A stretch of 63,864 nucleotides of DNA, filler included, from Octopus bimaculoides (GCF_001194135.2; 7 parts of 7 records of this genome joined end to end with filler, not necessarily neighbours in it), one strand, 5' to 3'; positions 24,465-36,267 are shown, numbered from the whole stretch's first letter. Numbers and translations: made by a program. The notes: a model not told the origin generated them from the letters alone.

Positions 24465-24635
24465 TAAGATTTTATCTTCATTCTAAACAAAACTGTCCGA
24501 CGAACGGGAACGTGAAACTCTGAGTAACAGTTTATGTGATATTTTTGCTGCTTTTTAATAAACTATATTACTCTACCTCTGGTATTCGAGTACTATTTTT
24601 TCCACCTTGTTTCGCATTTATGTTTTTATTCTGGT
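24465..24635 (+). mobile_element. Short non-coding HHR-bearing repeat (PLE pseudo-LTR / retrozyme-like), ending in (TA)n
   Basis: Homologous to 23524-23615 (minus) and 47710-47810 (plus). Shared tail GTGATATTTTTG..GCTTT..AATAAA and, with 47710-47810, TACCTC.GGTATTCGAGTACTATT. Runs directly into TATATA. Confidence 0.65.
24489..24533 (+). ncRNA. Minimal type I hammerhead ribozyme motif (one core substitution)
   Basis: AAAACTGT-CCGACGA-ACG(GGAA)CGT-GAA-ACTC(T)GAGT-A-ACAGTTT. Stems I, II and III all pair. Core CCGACGA differs from CUGANGA by U>C. GUA cleavage triplet at 24524-24526. Confidence 0.7.
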
Positions 24636-25200
24636 ATATATATATATATATACTTTTTTTTGTATATGTACATAAGTTTCAATAGTTTATTTTCGTACAT
24701 CTGCATGTGTGTATAAGTGAGATTTTATATGTATGCATATATATATATAAAGTGTAATGATAATAAAGGTATGTTGCCTTGATATATTGTCCGTACGGAC
24801 AACGATAAAAATATGTATCCATATTATAGTACTTCGTTGTTTAGTTTGTTGCTTTACGACCCTAAAGTTTAGCGTTTATTATAGTTAGTCCAACTAACAT
24901 CTTAGTCACAATAATAGACGGAGATTTTACCTTGACGGCTGGAAAAATTATAGGTCATATCCTCCAGTGACCGACTTCAGAATCTATATTATTACTTGTA
25001 TTTTGGAAATTATTATTGCCTTTATATTTTATCTTTCATTCTTTAATCATTCAATATATATTTTATTTCTTTTTCTATCATTATATATATATATGTCCGC
25101 CTTCTCACTCTTCTTTATTTCTTTTCTCTGTTTTTCTTTTCTTTTGTTATTCTCTATATAAGGGCAATTTGAATTTTGTAAAACATATTTCTTAAAAACC

Positions 25201-25386
25201 CATGGTAATGTGTGATTGTGTCTGTGTGGTAAGAAGTTTGCTTCCCAACCAAATAGTTTCAGGCGCAGTCCCACTGCGTGGCACCTTGGGCAAGCGCCTT
25301 CTACAACAGCCTAGGGCCGATCAAAGCCCTGTAAGTGGATCTAGTAGACGGAAACTGAAAGAAGCTCGTCGTATGTATGTATATAT

Positions 25387-25421
<35 letters not shown>

Positions 25422-25686
25422 ATGTATGCGACGTTGTGTCTGTTTGCCCCTACCACTGCGCGTGTATGTGACATTGTGTCTGTTTGGTCTTACCACTGCG
25501 TGTGTATGCGACGTTGTGTCTGTTTGCTCCTACCCCTTAGTAGCTCTACAAAAGAGACCGATAGAATAGGGACCAGGCTTTAAAAATTTTAAGTACTGGG
25601 GTCGTTTCGTTCGACCAAAAATCCTTCAAGGCGGTGCCCGAGCTTGGTCGCAGTCTAATGACTGAAACAAGTAAAAGATAAAAGAT
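25201..25686 (+). mobile_element. SINE family A, with an internal 40-bp triplication
   Basis: GTGTGGTAAGAAGTTTGCTTCCCAACC..GTGGCACCTTGGGCAAG..GACGGAAACTGAAAGAAGC..GACTGAAACAAGTAAAAGA. Confidence 0.88.
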
Positions 25687-25816
25687 TGTTATTATAACTG
25701 ACTCTCATACTTATTTTAAAAGGAAGTGTGAGCGTCAGTGGCCTCAGACAGGACCGTTGACAAAGTGTAAGGTTCTTAATACATATCAGGTTTGCTGGCT
25801 TTAGAGACAAAAAATA

Positions 25817-28158
25817 CACTGGACAACAAAGATTTTGCTACTGGGGTAAAAGCATGTGCTTTAGACTAAATCGAGGATGCTGATTCTGAATCTGCTCTCA
25901 TAATTGTTCTAGCACGTCAGGATTTTGAGTTATGTGCATGCGCAAGATCATGACTATACTTTCTGCTAGATACTTTCGGTATCATAAAATTTGATAAAAG
26001 GAAAGCGGTCTTAATTCAAAATTAAAGAAATAACAGCAATAAAACAAACGATGAGAAAATTCATTATTTAGTTTAGCAATAGATGGCGCTGACGTATTGT
26101 GTGCAAGCGCTAAATACATCAGTTTGTTCTTGGTAACTCTCAGTGTCATTTGCGCTGCCGTCACGTATGGTATGTGTATCTCTCGCTCTGCGTGATTACT
26201 GTTTTAACTGTGTTCATTGTGTTAGATCATGAATAGGAGAGGCTGTGTGAACCACCCAGACAACGTTTGTTATGTCTGTGGAAAATTTGCTCCGCGTGAC
26301 CAGCGGAAGAACATTGCCACCAAATTAAAAACTGCCTAAAAATATTATTTCGGGTGTATAGTTAGGGACCAAGACAAGAGGTAGGCACCTCATTTATACT
26401 GCACCATGTGTTACTCAGGGTTTATACAGGCTGAATGGAAAACGGAAGGGAATGCCTTTTGCTGTACCAATGGTATGGAGTGAGCCAACCAATTATGTCT
26501 CTGATTGTTACTTTTGCATGACTAATATTAGTGGTTTCTCAAGGAAAGCCAAATTGTAGATTGAAAGTCGGCTCTAAAACCGGTCCCACATGACTTCGAG
26601 GACCCTGTCCCAGTTCCTCTCTCACAAGATTCACTTGAAAACCTTGACACGTCGCACGATGAACCCCACTGATTCTCCTATCGACGAAGAATATGTAGCC
26701 ACTCTGGTTTAATCAACGATTTAGTAAGAGACCTAGCATTGTCAAAGGAGAAGGCAGATGTTTTGTGGCCCAGACTTCTGTAATGGAATCTCCTACAGCA
26801 AGGTACGAACATTTCCATTTTCCGTTCTCGCCATGAAGGTTTATCTGTCTTTTTCAAGCAAGAAAATAATGCTTGTTTCTGTACTGACGCTAATACACTC
26901 ATGCAAAAACTAGGACACGTGCATGTGGCTAACGAATGGAGATTGTTTATAGACTGGAGCAAGGTTAACCTCAAAGCTGTGTTGTTACATAATGGTAATG
27001 AAAAACCTTCCATTCCTGTGAGTCATTTTGTCGGTATGGAAGAAACTTATGAATCGATGGAACTCATTCTGAAAGGAATTAATTACTCAATTCATAAGTG
27101 GGATATTTGTGGTGATTTAAAGGTGATTCCCCTCCTCCTAAGACTGCAGCTGGGATATACCAAAAATATGTGCTTCTTGTGTGTTTGGAACATCCACGAC
27201 GACAGCAATAATAATTACATTCTAAAAGACTGGCCTAAAAGAGGTAAGCGCATTGTTGGTCGGTACAATGTACAGCATATGCCACTGGTAGACCCGCAAA
27301 AGATCTTCTATCCCCCTCTTCACATCAGACTCGGCCTCATGAAAAACGTCGTAAAAGCAATGACACACGATGGTTGTGGCTTCCAGTACCTAAAAGTAGA
27401 ATTTGGTGTGGAGAAAAGTGACGCAAAACTGAAAGCAAGCATTTTCATTGGACCCGAGATCAGAGAATTGATATTTGATAGCAAATTCAGTGGTAAATTG
27501 AATTCAGTTGAGCTGACGGCTTGTGATTCGTTCGTGTTAGTTGTAAAGAACTGTTTTTGGAAATCATAGATCTAAAACTATGCTGATTTGATAAACAACA
27601 TACTAACAGCGTAAGAAAGAATGGGATGCCGAATGTCCCTTAAAATGCACTTCTTGCATTCTCATCTCGATCTTTTCCCAACGAATTTTGGTGCCGTTAG
27701 TGATGAACATGGTGAAAGGTTCCACCAGGACATATCTGAGATAGAAACGAGGTATCAAGGCCGGTTCAATCCACACATGATGAGTGACTACTGCTGGTTC
27801 CTACAACGGGAGACCAGCACGACACATAAGCGCAAGAGCAAGTGTCTCAAACATTTCTGAGCCGAGCATATAAAAAATAAAGTGAGTATTCCCTTAACAT
27901 AAATATACTATGTACCGTTATACCATATTACTATTTGCTTTGAACATAAATTTACAATGTACAGTACTAATATACTATTATAATAATTATATACTTTGAA
28001 CTTAACTATTCCTAACACTAATATAGTGTTAATATATAATTGTGCATAACTCAAAATCCTGACGTGCTACAGCAGTTCTGAGTTCAGATTCGGAATCAGC
28101 GTACTCGATTTAGTTTAGTACAGCACCATTTGTCTGGGTAGCAGACAATAATTATTGG
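25817..28158 (+). mobile_element. Second, divergent Chapaev3-type DNA transposon; outermost right-end bases lost
   Basis: Left end CACTGGACAACAAAG at 25817. A long imperfect inverted repeat (~25835-25940 vs ~28045-28150) shares CTAAATCGAG, GCTGATTC(T/C)GAATCTG and TAGCACGTCAGGATTTTGAGTTATG. The expected terminal CCAGTG is missing at the right end, so no TSD can be scored. Confidence 0.82.
26229..27860 (+). pseudogene. Chapaev3-type transposase pseudogene
   Basis: MNRRGCVNHPDNVCYVCGKF..., RDQDKR*APH, VPMVWSEPTNYVSDCYFC, WRLFIDWSKVNLKAVLLHNGN, PPLHIRLGLMKNVVKAM, LKMHFLHSHLDLFPTNFGAVSDEHGERFHQDISEIETRYQGR...MSDYCW (ORFs 26901-27569 and 27621-27860). Several stops and frameshifts. Confidence 0.88.
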
Positions 28159-28699
28159 AAAAAGCAAAACAAAAGATAAAATACAAAACCCGAAACGGTT
28201 CTCTCCCCTTAAAGAGAATACTCACTCTCTCCATCATCTCATAGTAGTCTCTGTCTCTCACCCTCTCTCTTCTCCCTCCTTTACTCCGTAAGCATCAATA
28301 AGTAGCAACAGCTGAAGATCGCAGTCAAGGAACCACGACTGCAATAAACCTTGAGGGAATTCAGATATTTCATAATTTCATTCAGATGTTTCCTTTTATT
28401 CTAAATTCTACAGGTATTTTAACGGTTAAACCACGGGGATCAACTATCCATAAAATTATGTAATTCATACATTTTAACGGCCGCAGCTCTCGAGCTGAAA
28501 CTAGTTAAAAAGTTATTACTATATATATAGTAGAAATATAAAAGTATAAAAGGAGCAAAGATACTGTAGATTCAGTATATACCATCTGGCAAAATTACGA
28601 GTTGAAAATATGTGGAAAACATATATAAAAAGTGGAAGAGAAATGCCTTCGTTTCACATAGTTTAATATCTTTTTATAAAGAAATTCAAAAAAATATAT

Positions 28700-30295
28700 A
28701 TACATATTTTATGGATGTCGTGATAGCCAACCGGTTTTCGCTATTCAAATAAGCTTTTCAAGGGATATTGTAAAGTAATCAGTTCTTGGTGACAAAGAGG
28801 TCTCGCTATTTTGGATGCTTGAAAAATAAGAATGAATCAAGAGAGTGGACCAAGGGAGGCAACAGGTGGCAAGAGGGACAACTAACTTCTCAGTATAATT
28901 TTTGAAGTGGTCAAGTTTGTATATTAAGGTGTGGTCTGTAGTTTTGTATGAGCAGGTTTTCCTTGTTTCGGCGTTCTTGTAAGGAGGTTGAATCTTTGCA
29001 TTGGTATAATGGAAAGATGTGGAAATTCGGCGTTTTATTTCTTGCGTATCTGTCGATATGTTCGCTCAGGGCTATCTGCCTGTATTGAGGAAAACGAATC
29101 TGTTCTTTATGCAGCGTGACTCTGTATCTCAAAGTAAGGCTCGTTTGTCCCACATAATTGTAGCCACAACCTGAGCAGGTTAGGACATAGATAAGGTTCT
29201 GGGAAGTACATGTGAAGTTGGTCTTAATTGAGGATGTTTTTCCTTGCTGGAATGTGAATTCCGAGCCTTCAGGTAGGTTTGGGCATGTACCACAATTAGG
29301 TCGTCTGCATTTTTTAACTGTTGGTATCGTATGTATTGAGTATAGTTTTGCACTTGTTAGGAGTCTCTTGAATGATTTTTGTTGTCTTTTGCCTTTGAGG
29401 AGTTTATGTGTATTTAGGATGTTGTTCATTTTCGGGTCTTGAGTGAGCACAGGGAGAATTTGTATAAATGTGTTGTATGCTTCATTGTTTCTGGGGTTAT
29501 GGGTTGATATGAATGGGAGTGATTTAAAGTGAGGTGTGGTGTTTTGTTTTGTTGTCCTTAGTGTGTTTGTGTCCAATTTCTTGGTATGTTTAATTCCATG
29601 GTCTATAAGTGCGAGTGGGTATTGACGTTCAATGAGTTACTTTGAAGTCTTAGATGCGAAGTTCCCGAGTGGTTGTGTCAGATTCAATTGTAGATCCATT
29701 TTGCTAGATTGAATGGGATGGCATGAACTGAAAAGGAGATACTGTTTTGAGTCTGCTAGTTTGTAGTAGATGTCAGTTGCAATTTGGTTCTTGGATTTTT
29801 TATAATCAAAATGTCCAGAAATGGGAGCTGTTCCTTGCTATATTCCATTGTATTGAATATTGGAGTTTATATTATATTTGAAATCCAGGAGTTTATCATA
29901 GGTTTCATTCCAGATGATAAAACAATCGTCTAGATACCTTTCCTAGTTTTCTCTTATATACTTGTGGAATGGGGGTCCAAACTTTTAGAGCGAAAGTTCA
30001 TATGGGGTAGATTCAAAGAAACTCATTATTTGGTTCGCAAGGACAGACACTGCTTTCGTTTCCATCGCAATACCGCATTTTTGGCGGTAGTATGTTGCAT
30101 CGAATAGGAAGTAATTGTTTTGTAGGATGAACTTCAGGGATTCAATAACAAAAGTCTGGTCTATACGGTTTGGGAGAACTTTGGGGTATTTTTCTAACCA
30201 GAATTTTGTTGCCTCTATTCCATAGTCATGTGGAATGTTAGTGTAGAGGTTAATGACAGCGAAGGAGACTAATAATGCTTCATCGTTGGTAGTTT
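28700..30295 (-). mobile_element. 5'-truncated Penelope-like retroelement (RT plus GIY-YIG endonuclease), decayed
   Basis: Minus-strand RT motifs FAVINLYTNIPHD (~30227-30262), RYLDDCFI (~29915-29940), LPFLDIL and TDIYYKLADSKQYLLFSSCHP. ORF 28911-29576 has C-x4-C-x2-C and NLIYVLTCSGCGYNYVGQT (GIY-YIG). An HHR-like relic lies downstream at 28727-28764. Confidence 0.9.
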
Positions 30296-30302
30296 TGTGT
30301 GT

Positions 30303-30344
<42 letters not shown>

Positions 30345-30353
30345 GACTGGCTT

Positions 30354-30453
30354 NNNNNNNNNNNNNNNNNNNNNNNNNNNNNNNNNNNNNNNNNNNNTTA
30401 ATTAATTAANNNNNNNNNNNNNNNNNNNNNNNNNNNNNNNNNNNNNNNNNNNN
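30354..30453. other. Artificial 100-bp scaffold spacer N44-TTAATTAATTAA-N44
   Basis: The same 12-mer, embedded in N-runs, occurs at 30398, 34890, 44321, 55342, 59177 and 62804. It gives stop codons in all six frames. Confidence 0.95.
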
Positions 30454-32229
30454 TATATATATATATATATGACAATTGATGAAGGGAATGTTCTTTATGT
30501 TGCATATCTCGTTTCTCTGTTTTTTTCGTTGTTCGAAAAAAGTTCGTTTTCTATGTTTTTTCTTTGTTTTTGTTTTTTATGTTTTCGTTTCTCATCGTGC
30601 ATGTATATATACATGTATATATACATTGTGCATGTATATATATATGCATGTATATATACATATACATGTAGGTACGTACATATATGTATGCATATATTTA
30701 TATATTATTTATATTATATATATATATATGTGTGTGTGTGTATGTATGTATATATACACACACATATATATACATGTACATATATATGCACACATGCGTA
30801 TACATATGTACATAAGTATGCACATTCAGATGTATGTATCTTTCATTCATTCATACATACACCCACGCGCTCGCACTCACACATACACACACATGTTTTT
30901 AAAAGAAGGGAAATATTTATAATCTTTCTTGCCACTTTAAGTCGAAGTTTCTCAAGAACGGAATTCTTTCCTCTAATTGTTAATACAAGTACTTTGGTCT
31001 CTTCAAAATTCCAGAGAACTACGATTAGAATAATAATAATGGAATGCTGCATTGAATAAATTTGTCCTAAATGCGCTATATCACAAGCAAAGATGTGATG
31101 GTCATTACTAGAGATTCTTTTATGATAAATTTGTTAAACTAGTGCTGACCCCGAAACAAAACAACAGCTACAACAACGAACGAGTATAGCCAATAATAAC
31201 TTGGATGCTGAGTTACTCATTACTTTAAAAGGTTTTTCATAGTACCCACCACTTTTCTTCAGATGCCTGTCGTATTTGGGATAATGGGATAGTGAATATA
31301 AGTCTTAATTGAATCTCAAGTTTAAAAGTTCAGGTAGAAAACGGGAATTTAATCCTGTTAACATTCAAACCATATATATTCCGGTTCAAATAGTACAAGC
31401 AAGCGATATCCCACGTAGGAGACCATCCTTGATATGAACCACAGAATGTTAACAATGTACTCTATAGATTTATTAAAGGTTTCATTTCAAAATTACGTGA
31501 ACGTTAGGGAATACATCAGGAACCCGAAGAAGGCTGGATAGTAAAACAGTCGTGACGTTATGACCATAATAGCCAAGGTGAGGACACTACTATGAATATA
31601 TCAGTGTATCTTGGTTCCTATTAGATCTTGATAAATTCAGTTGCTGTGAGACAGCTTATAAAAGAAGCGTGGCTAAAAATGCCGAGATCATCCTCTTGTA
31701 ATATAACGCAAAAACGGCACATAAAACCATCTGAAATTTAGTTTATTTCTTTCTTAATTTCCTGCTTTCTTCCTTTTTTCTGTACAAATAACATAAAATT
31801 ACAAATTTATGTATTTCACATTTGTATGCAAATGTAAATTTCTGCAAAAGCAAAAGGACTGAAAAATCTCTGTGCCGCAACAGCTCTTTGTCTCGCCATT
31901 CATACCATCTGTCGCATGATTATCTTATCAGAATAGGATATGACGTCATAATTAAATGGAAGCCAACAATATACAAAACACAACGCATGTTCTCTGTTGA
32001 TAAAATTGAACAAAGGCTCAAAATTAGGTCGTGGACGTTATTTCCAATTTTCAAGTGCTCTGATGAAAATATTTCACTCCTACTATTACATTCAATAATT
32101 CCAAATTATTCTACGTACATTGATAGTAATGGTTAAGTTTTTGACAAAATGTTATATGTATCTTAGAACTAAGCAAATATCATCAGAGAGAAATTCAGTA
32201 GATATACCTCACTATAACTATGTAAAAGA

Positions 32230-33350
32230 ATAAAAGCATTTTGGACTTCAAAAGTACCGTTATCACACAGTCTCCTCAACTAGATGCAGAAACTATTTCT
32301 GAGCGTCAGTGTATGTAGAAACTGAGCAGTGCACTTAGAAACTGAACTGATTATATATAACAGAACACCCGCTTTGTGTAGTATATGTAGAAGTACACTT
32401 TAAGAGTACTCTTGATAACGAAATCAATGTTAGAATACCTGAGGCTACAAGCGATTTTGGGAAACTTTTCTCATCGTTTGTCGGATGAACACGGTGCCAG
32501 TTTGAAAACTGAAATAAATGTATACAAATCTTATATTTTGAGTACACTTTTTTTGATAGGGCAGAAGCATGAACTCCCTACTTCAGACATACAGGGTGAG
32601 CCAAAAGTAGGTGGACAGTATTTGGAATAGGTTTATGTATTAGTTATATTAATGCAATTGTTTATTATAACTATGTTGCAACTATATTATATATAACTAT
32701 ATATAATTTTTTTTTAAATGTAGTTATAAAATTGTAATTATATAACACAAAAAACATAGTTGCAACATAGTTATAATAAACAATTGCATTAATATAACTG
32801 ATGCATAAACCTATTCCAAATACTGTCCACCTACTTTTGGCTCACCCTGTATAAAGAAACGCGAAACCTTGCACATGTGCTGTCTGCGCAAAATCTGTAA
32901 CATAAAATGGCAAGATAAATTACTAAATGTCAACAACTCAGAAAAATGTGATATTTCCATATGAAATGCATGCTGATAAGAATTCAGTGCAGGTGTTGTT
33001 CGAATGAAAGATGGTTGCATTGCGAGAATTATTTCGTATGGCCAACAGGTACAGGGATACGCGGGAATGGAAGACCTGTCCTTGGGTATAAAGATAAGTT
33101 GTAGCAATCACTAAAGTCACTACAGTTTAATTTGACATCTTGGGAAAATTGTTGTCTGGATCAATCTGGATCAATGGTGTGAAATGTGTCATGATGCATG
33201 AAAGAAATTTGAGTTGAAGAAACAGAACAATAAAAGAATTATATCCTGCAATCAACGGACACATTTGCCCAATCTCAGACAAAACCAAAATCATCAGTGA
33301 CCCTATTGTGAAATCCATACCTGGACTCAAATTACATTCACGCATCTTCT
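32230..33350 (+). mobile_element. Decayed RTE-clade LINE 3' fragment, interrupted by a MITE
   Basis: Frame-shifted remnants: LDNEINVRIPEAT, LKTEINVYKSYILSTL, FRHIKKRETLHMCCLRKICNIKWQDK, RMKDGCIARIISYGQ, GRPVLGYKDK and a terminal C/H cluster (..KSIPGLKLHSR). Confidence 0.8.
32592..32849. mobile_element. Tc1/mariner-type MITE
   Basis: 46-bp perfect TIR starting CAGGGTGAGCCAAAAGTAGGTGGACAG, extending imperfectly to ~95 bp. TA duplication at 32590-32591 and 32850-32851. AT-rich core with no ORF. Confidence 0.92.
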
Positions 33351-33367
33351 TTCATCTTGAAAGTTGT

Positions 33368-33427
<60 letters not shown>

Positions 33428-33567
33428 CTCTCTATTTATCTATCTATCTCTTTCTCTCTCATCTATTTAAATTCTCTCCTTCAAACACTCACAATTCGAA
33501 ATCGACGCGAGTGAGCATCATTACCACCATCATCATCATCATCACCATCAGTAGTAGTAGTAGTAGC

Positions 33568-33609
<42 letters not shown>

Positions 33610-33610
<1 letters not shown>

Positions 33611-33722
33611 AGGCGGTGAGATGGCAGAATCGTTAGCACGCCGGATAAAATGTTTAGCGGCATTTCGTCTGTCTTTAGATTCTGAGTTCAAATTCCACCG
33701 AGGTCAACTGCGCCTTTCATCA
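33610..33722 (+). mobile_element. SINE family B, 5' part
   Basis: AAGGCGGTGAGATGGCAGAATCGTTAGCACGCCGG..GAGTTCAAATTCCACCGAGGTCAAC. Confidence 0.85.
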
Positions 33723-34945
33723 TGGTTGCCTAACAGTCCGATGTATTCCTAGTGCAAAACCGTTTGGTAAGATCAGTTGAGATGGATATATAATATTGTA
33801 CATTTCGGATAATATGTATGTATGTATGTATGTATGTAAATTGCGTGCATGCGCGCATGTGTGTATAGGAGATACACAGCGGGTTCTTAACCAGGGATCG
33901 AAAGCTTAATAGTTTCCTTTGTTCTCGGATTGTGCTCTTAAAATCCATTTATTTAATCTGTCAAATATGATATCATCTTAGGATGTAACAGAGGTGAATC
34001 TAGACAAGCCTTTTCAATTCTAATTTCAATGTTCTGGAACGGCTTTAACACTGGCATATATTCATAATACGTGTAGTAAAAATATCCGAGTTCGTTTTAT
34101 GCTTTTTGGCTAGTTCTGTTTTTTACTTTCAAACAGTTCCTCCAATGACTTTCAGACAATTTACTTGTCACCTTTAGTTGCAAAGAACTTAGCCGACACT
34201 TAATTTTCACACACGCACATAAAACAAAAGACTTTCTATGAAAACAGACCGTTATCCACAATACAAGCTTTTGTGTTCTTTTTTCCGCCACAGTTATGTG
34301 AGTACTTAACTGAATAGAGTCTGTTGTTAATATACACTGTCGTACGTCAACTCATCCGGAAAGTATTAGGTTAACTTATCACAGCTCACTTATTAACTCC
34401 TCCACGTGTTACAGTCTACTTACTACGCATGCGGGCACGCACGTTTTGATATACACTTTCGATAAAACAGTTGCTCCCGCAAAGCAAATTAAATACAATT
34501 TGGGATTTTTGCGGAGGGTCAAAATTGGTAACACAAACAGGACAATGAAAACAAACATGAAGGGCTTTTAAGCCTAAACGAGGTTGTGGTGGCGAACGCG
34601 TAAATCAAGCTAGGACAGGAGACAAACAAGAACACGTCTCCCTTGTTCCAGCTACACACACGCGCGCACATCGGCATCATTCGTCAATTTCTTGAAAATG
34701 GGGTCGTAACCCCGAAATATTGAATGTAAAGTAAGTCTACATTAATTCACATATTTGTTTTCTTGTGATTTACCTTGCATTTACTTCGCATTGTTTTGGC
34801 CTTACCCACGATCTTTTATTCTATATATATATATATGTATATATGNNNNNNNNNNNNNNNNNNNNNNNNNNNNNNNNNNNNNNNNNNNNTTAATTAATTA
34901 ANNNNNNNNNNNNNNNNNNNNNNNNNNNNNNNNNNNNNNNNNNNN

Positions 34946-34983
<38 letters not shown>

Positions 34984-36016
34984 TTATATATCTGTGTGTG
35001 TGTATGCATGTATGTCTATAGATAGATAGATACATACATACACAAGCATGTACATTTATAAATAGATTAGATAGCTCTATATACATATATATGTGTGTGT
35101 GTGTGTGTGTGTGTTATCTATGTTGTGGTGCATATGATAGCAAGTATGTGTTGTATATGAAGAGATATGAGACATTCGTTTCTCAAAGAAGGGATCCCTG
35201 TGGTTTCATAGCAGTGTCACTTCTCACCAGAAGACTCCTCCTTCTTGTCAACATATCCAGTTAAAGATTTAATGTCATTCCACCTGTACAAACATGCCAA
35301 TATCTGGGATTCTCAGGTGCCAATGTGGGGGTCACCAAGGAATTGATAACTTCAGTAGCAGCATTATAACCCAAGAATATTTGTTTAACTGTTGTAGCAT
35401 GTCGACATCACACGACGTTTACGTTCGTTTACCACCATAACACAGCTTTGATTACTGGGACTGTACTGGAACCAGTTGATAACACTTGAATATGACTATG
35501 GCGATGGTGGTGGTGATGATGATGATGATGACAAGAAGAAGAAGAAGAGGGGGAGGGGAGGACAAGGAAGACGAAACGGGGAAGGAAGATGACAATGATG
35601 ATGAAACTATGGGTGAACCCCTGAGGATTTCTTCACTGGAAGAAATCTGTTTCAAAATGAATCCTGAATAAAAGAAAGGCTGACTTCCATAAGACTTATG
35701 CCACAACTACAAGAAAACCTGTGACTGGAAGCTGGCAGGGAATGTTAACAGATTCTGGTGTTAAATGGGAAGTCTTGACTATTGACAGAGAAGTGAGAGA
35801 GAGAGGGGGGGGGATAATGGTGTGTGTGTGGAACATCATGCGAGAAGAATGGAACAAGGTGGGAGACGATTGTGAATGTAAGGGAGGAGGAGGAATGAGA
35901 TGGGGGAGGAGGGAGAGGAGCAAGAAACAAGAAAAATCTCATGGTGAGTTGGATAAAGGAAAATCTAGAGGAATAGAATAATAATAATGATAATAATTAT
36001 AATAATAATAATAATA

Positions 36017-36054
<38 letters not shown>

Positions 36055-36267
36055 CATTATTATTATTATTATTATTATCATAACAAGCTTATTGTGTTCC
36101 GTGAAATATAATAACTTGGCTGTGTTTGAATGTGTAACACATCAGTAATGATAAATATACAATACACAGATTCTCTTATGAATGTGTATATGGGTGTTGT
36201 TTAAGATATATTTAGGGGTGGGGGTGAGAGACAGAGAGAGATATAAAATATTCTGTATGTACATAAT

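Noticed and set aside
35200-35400. IPPVQTCQYLG resembling an RT thumb motif
   Set aside because: A single short motif with no supporting flanking motifs.
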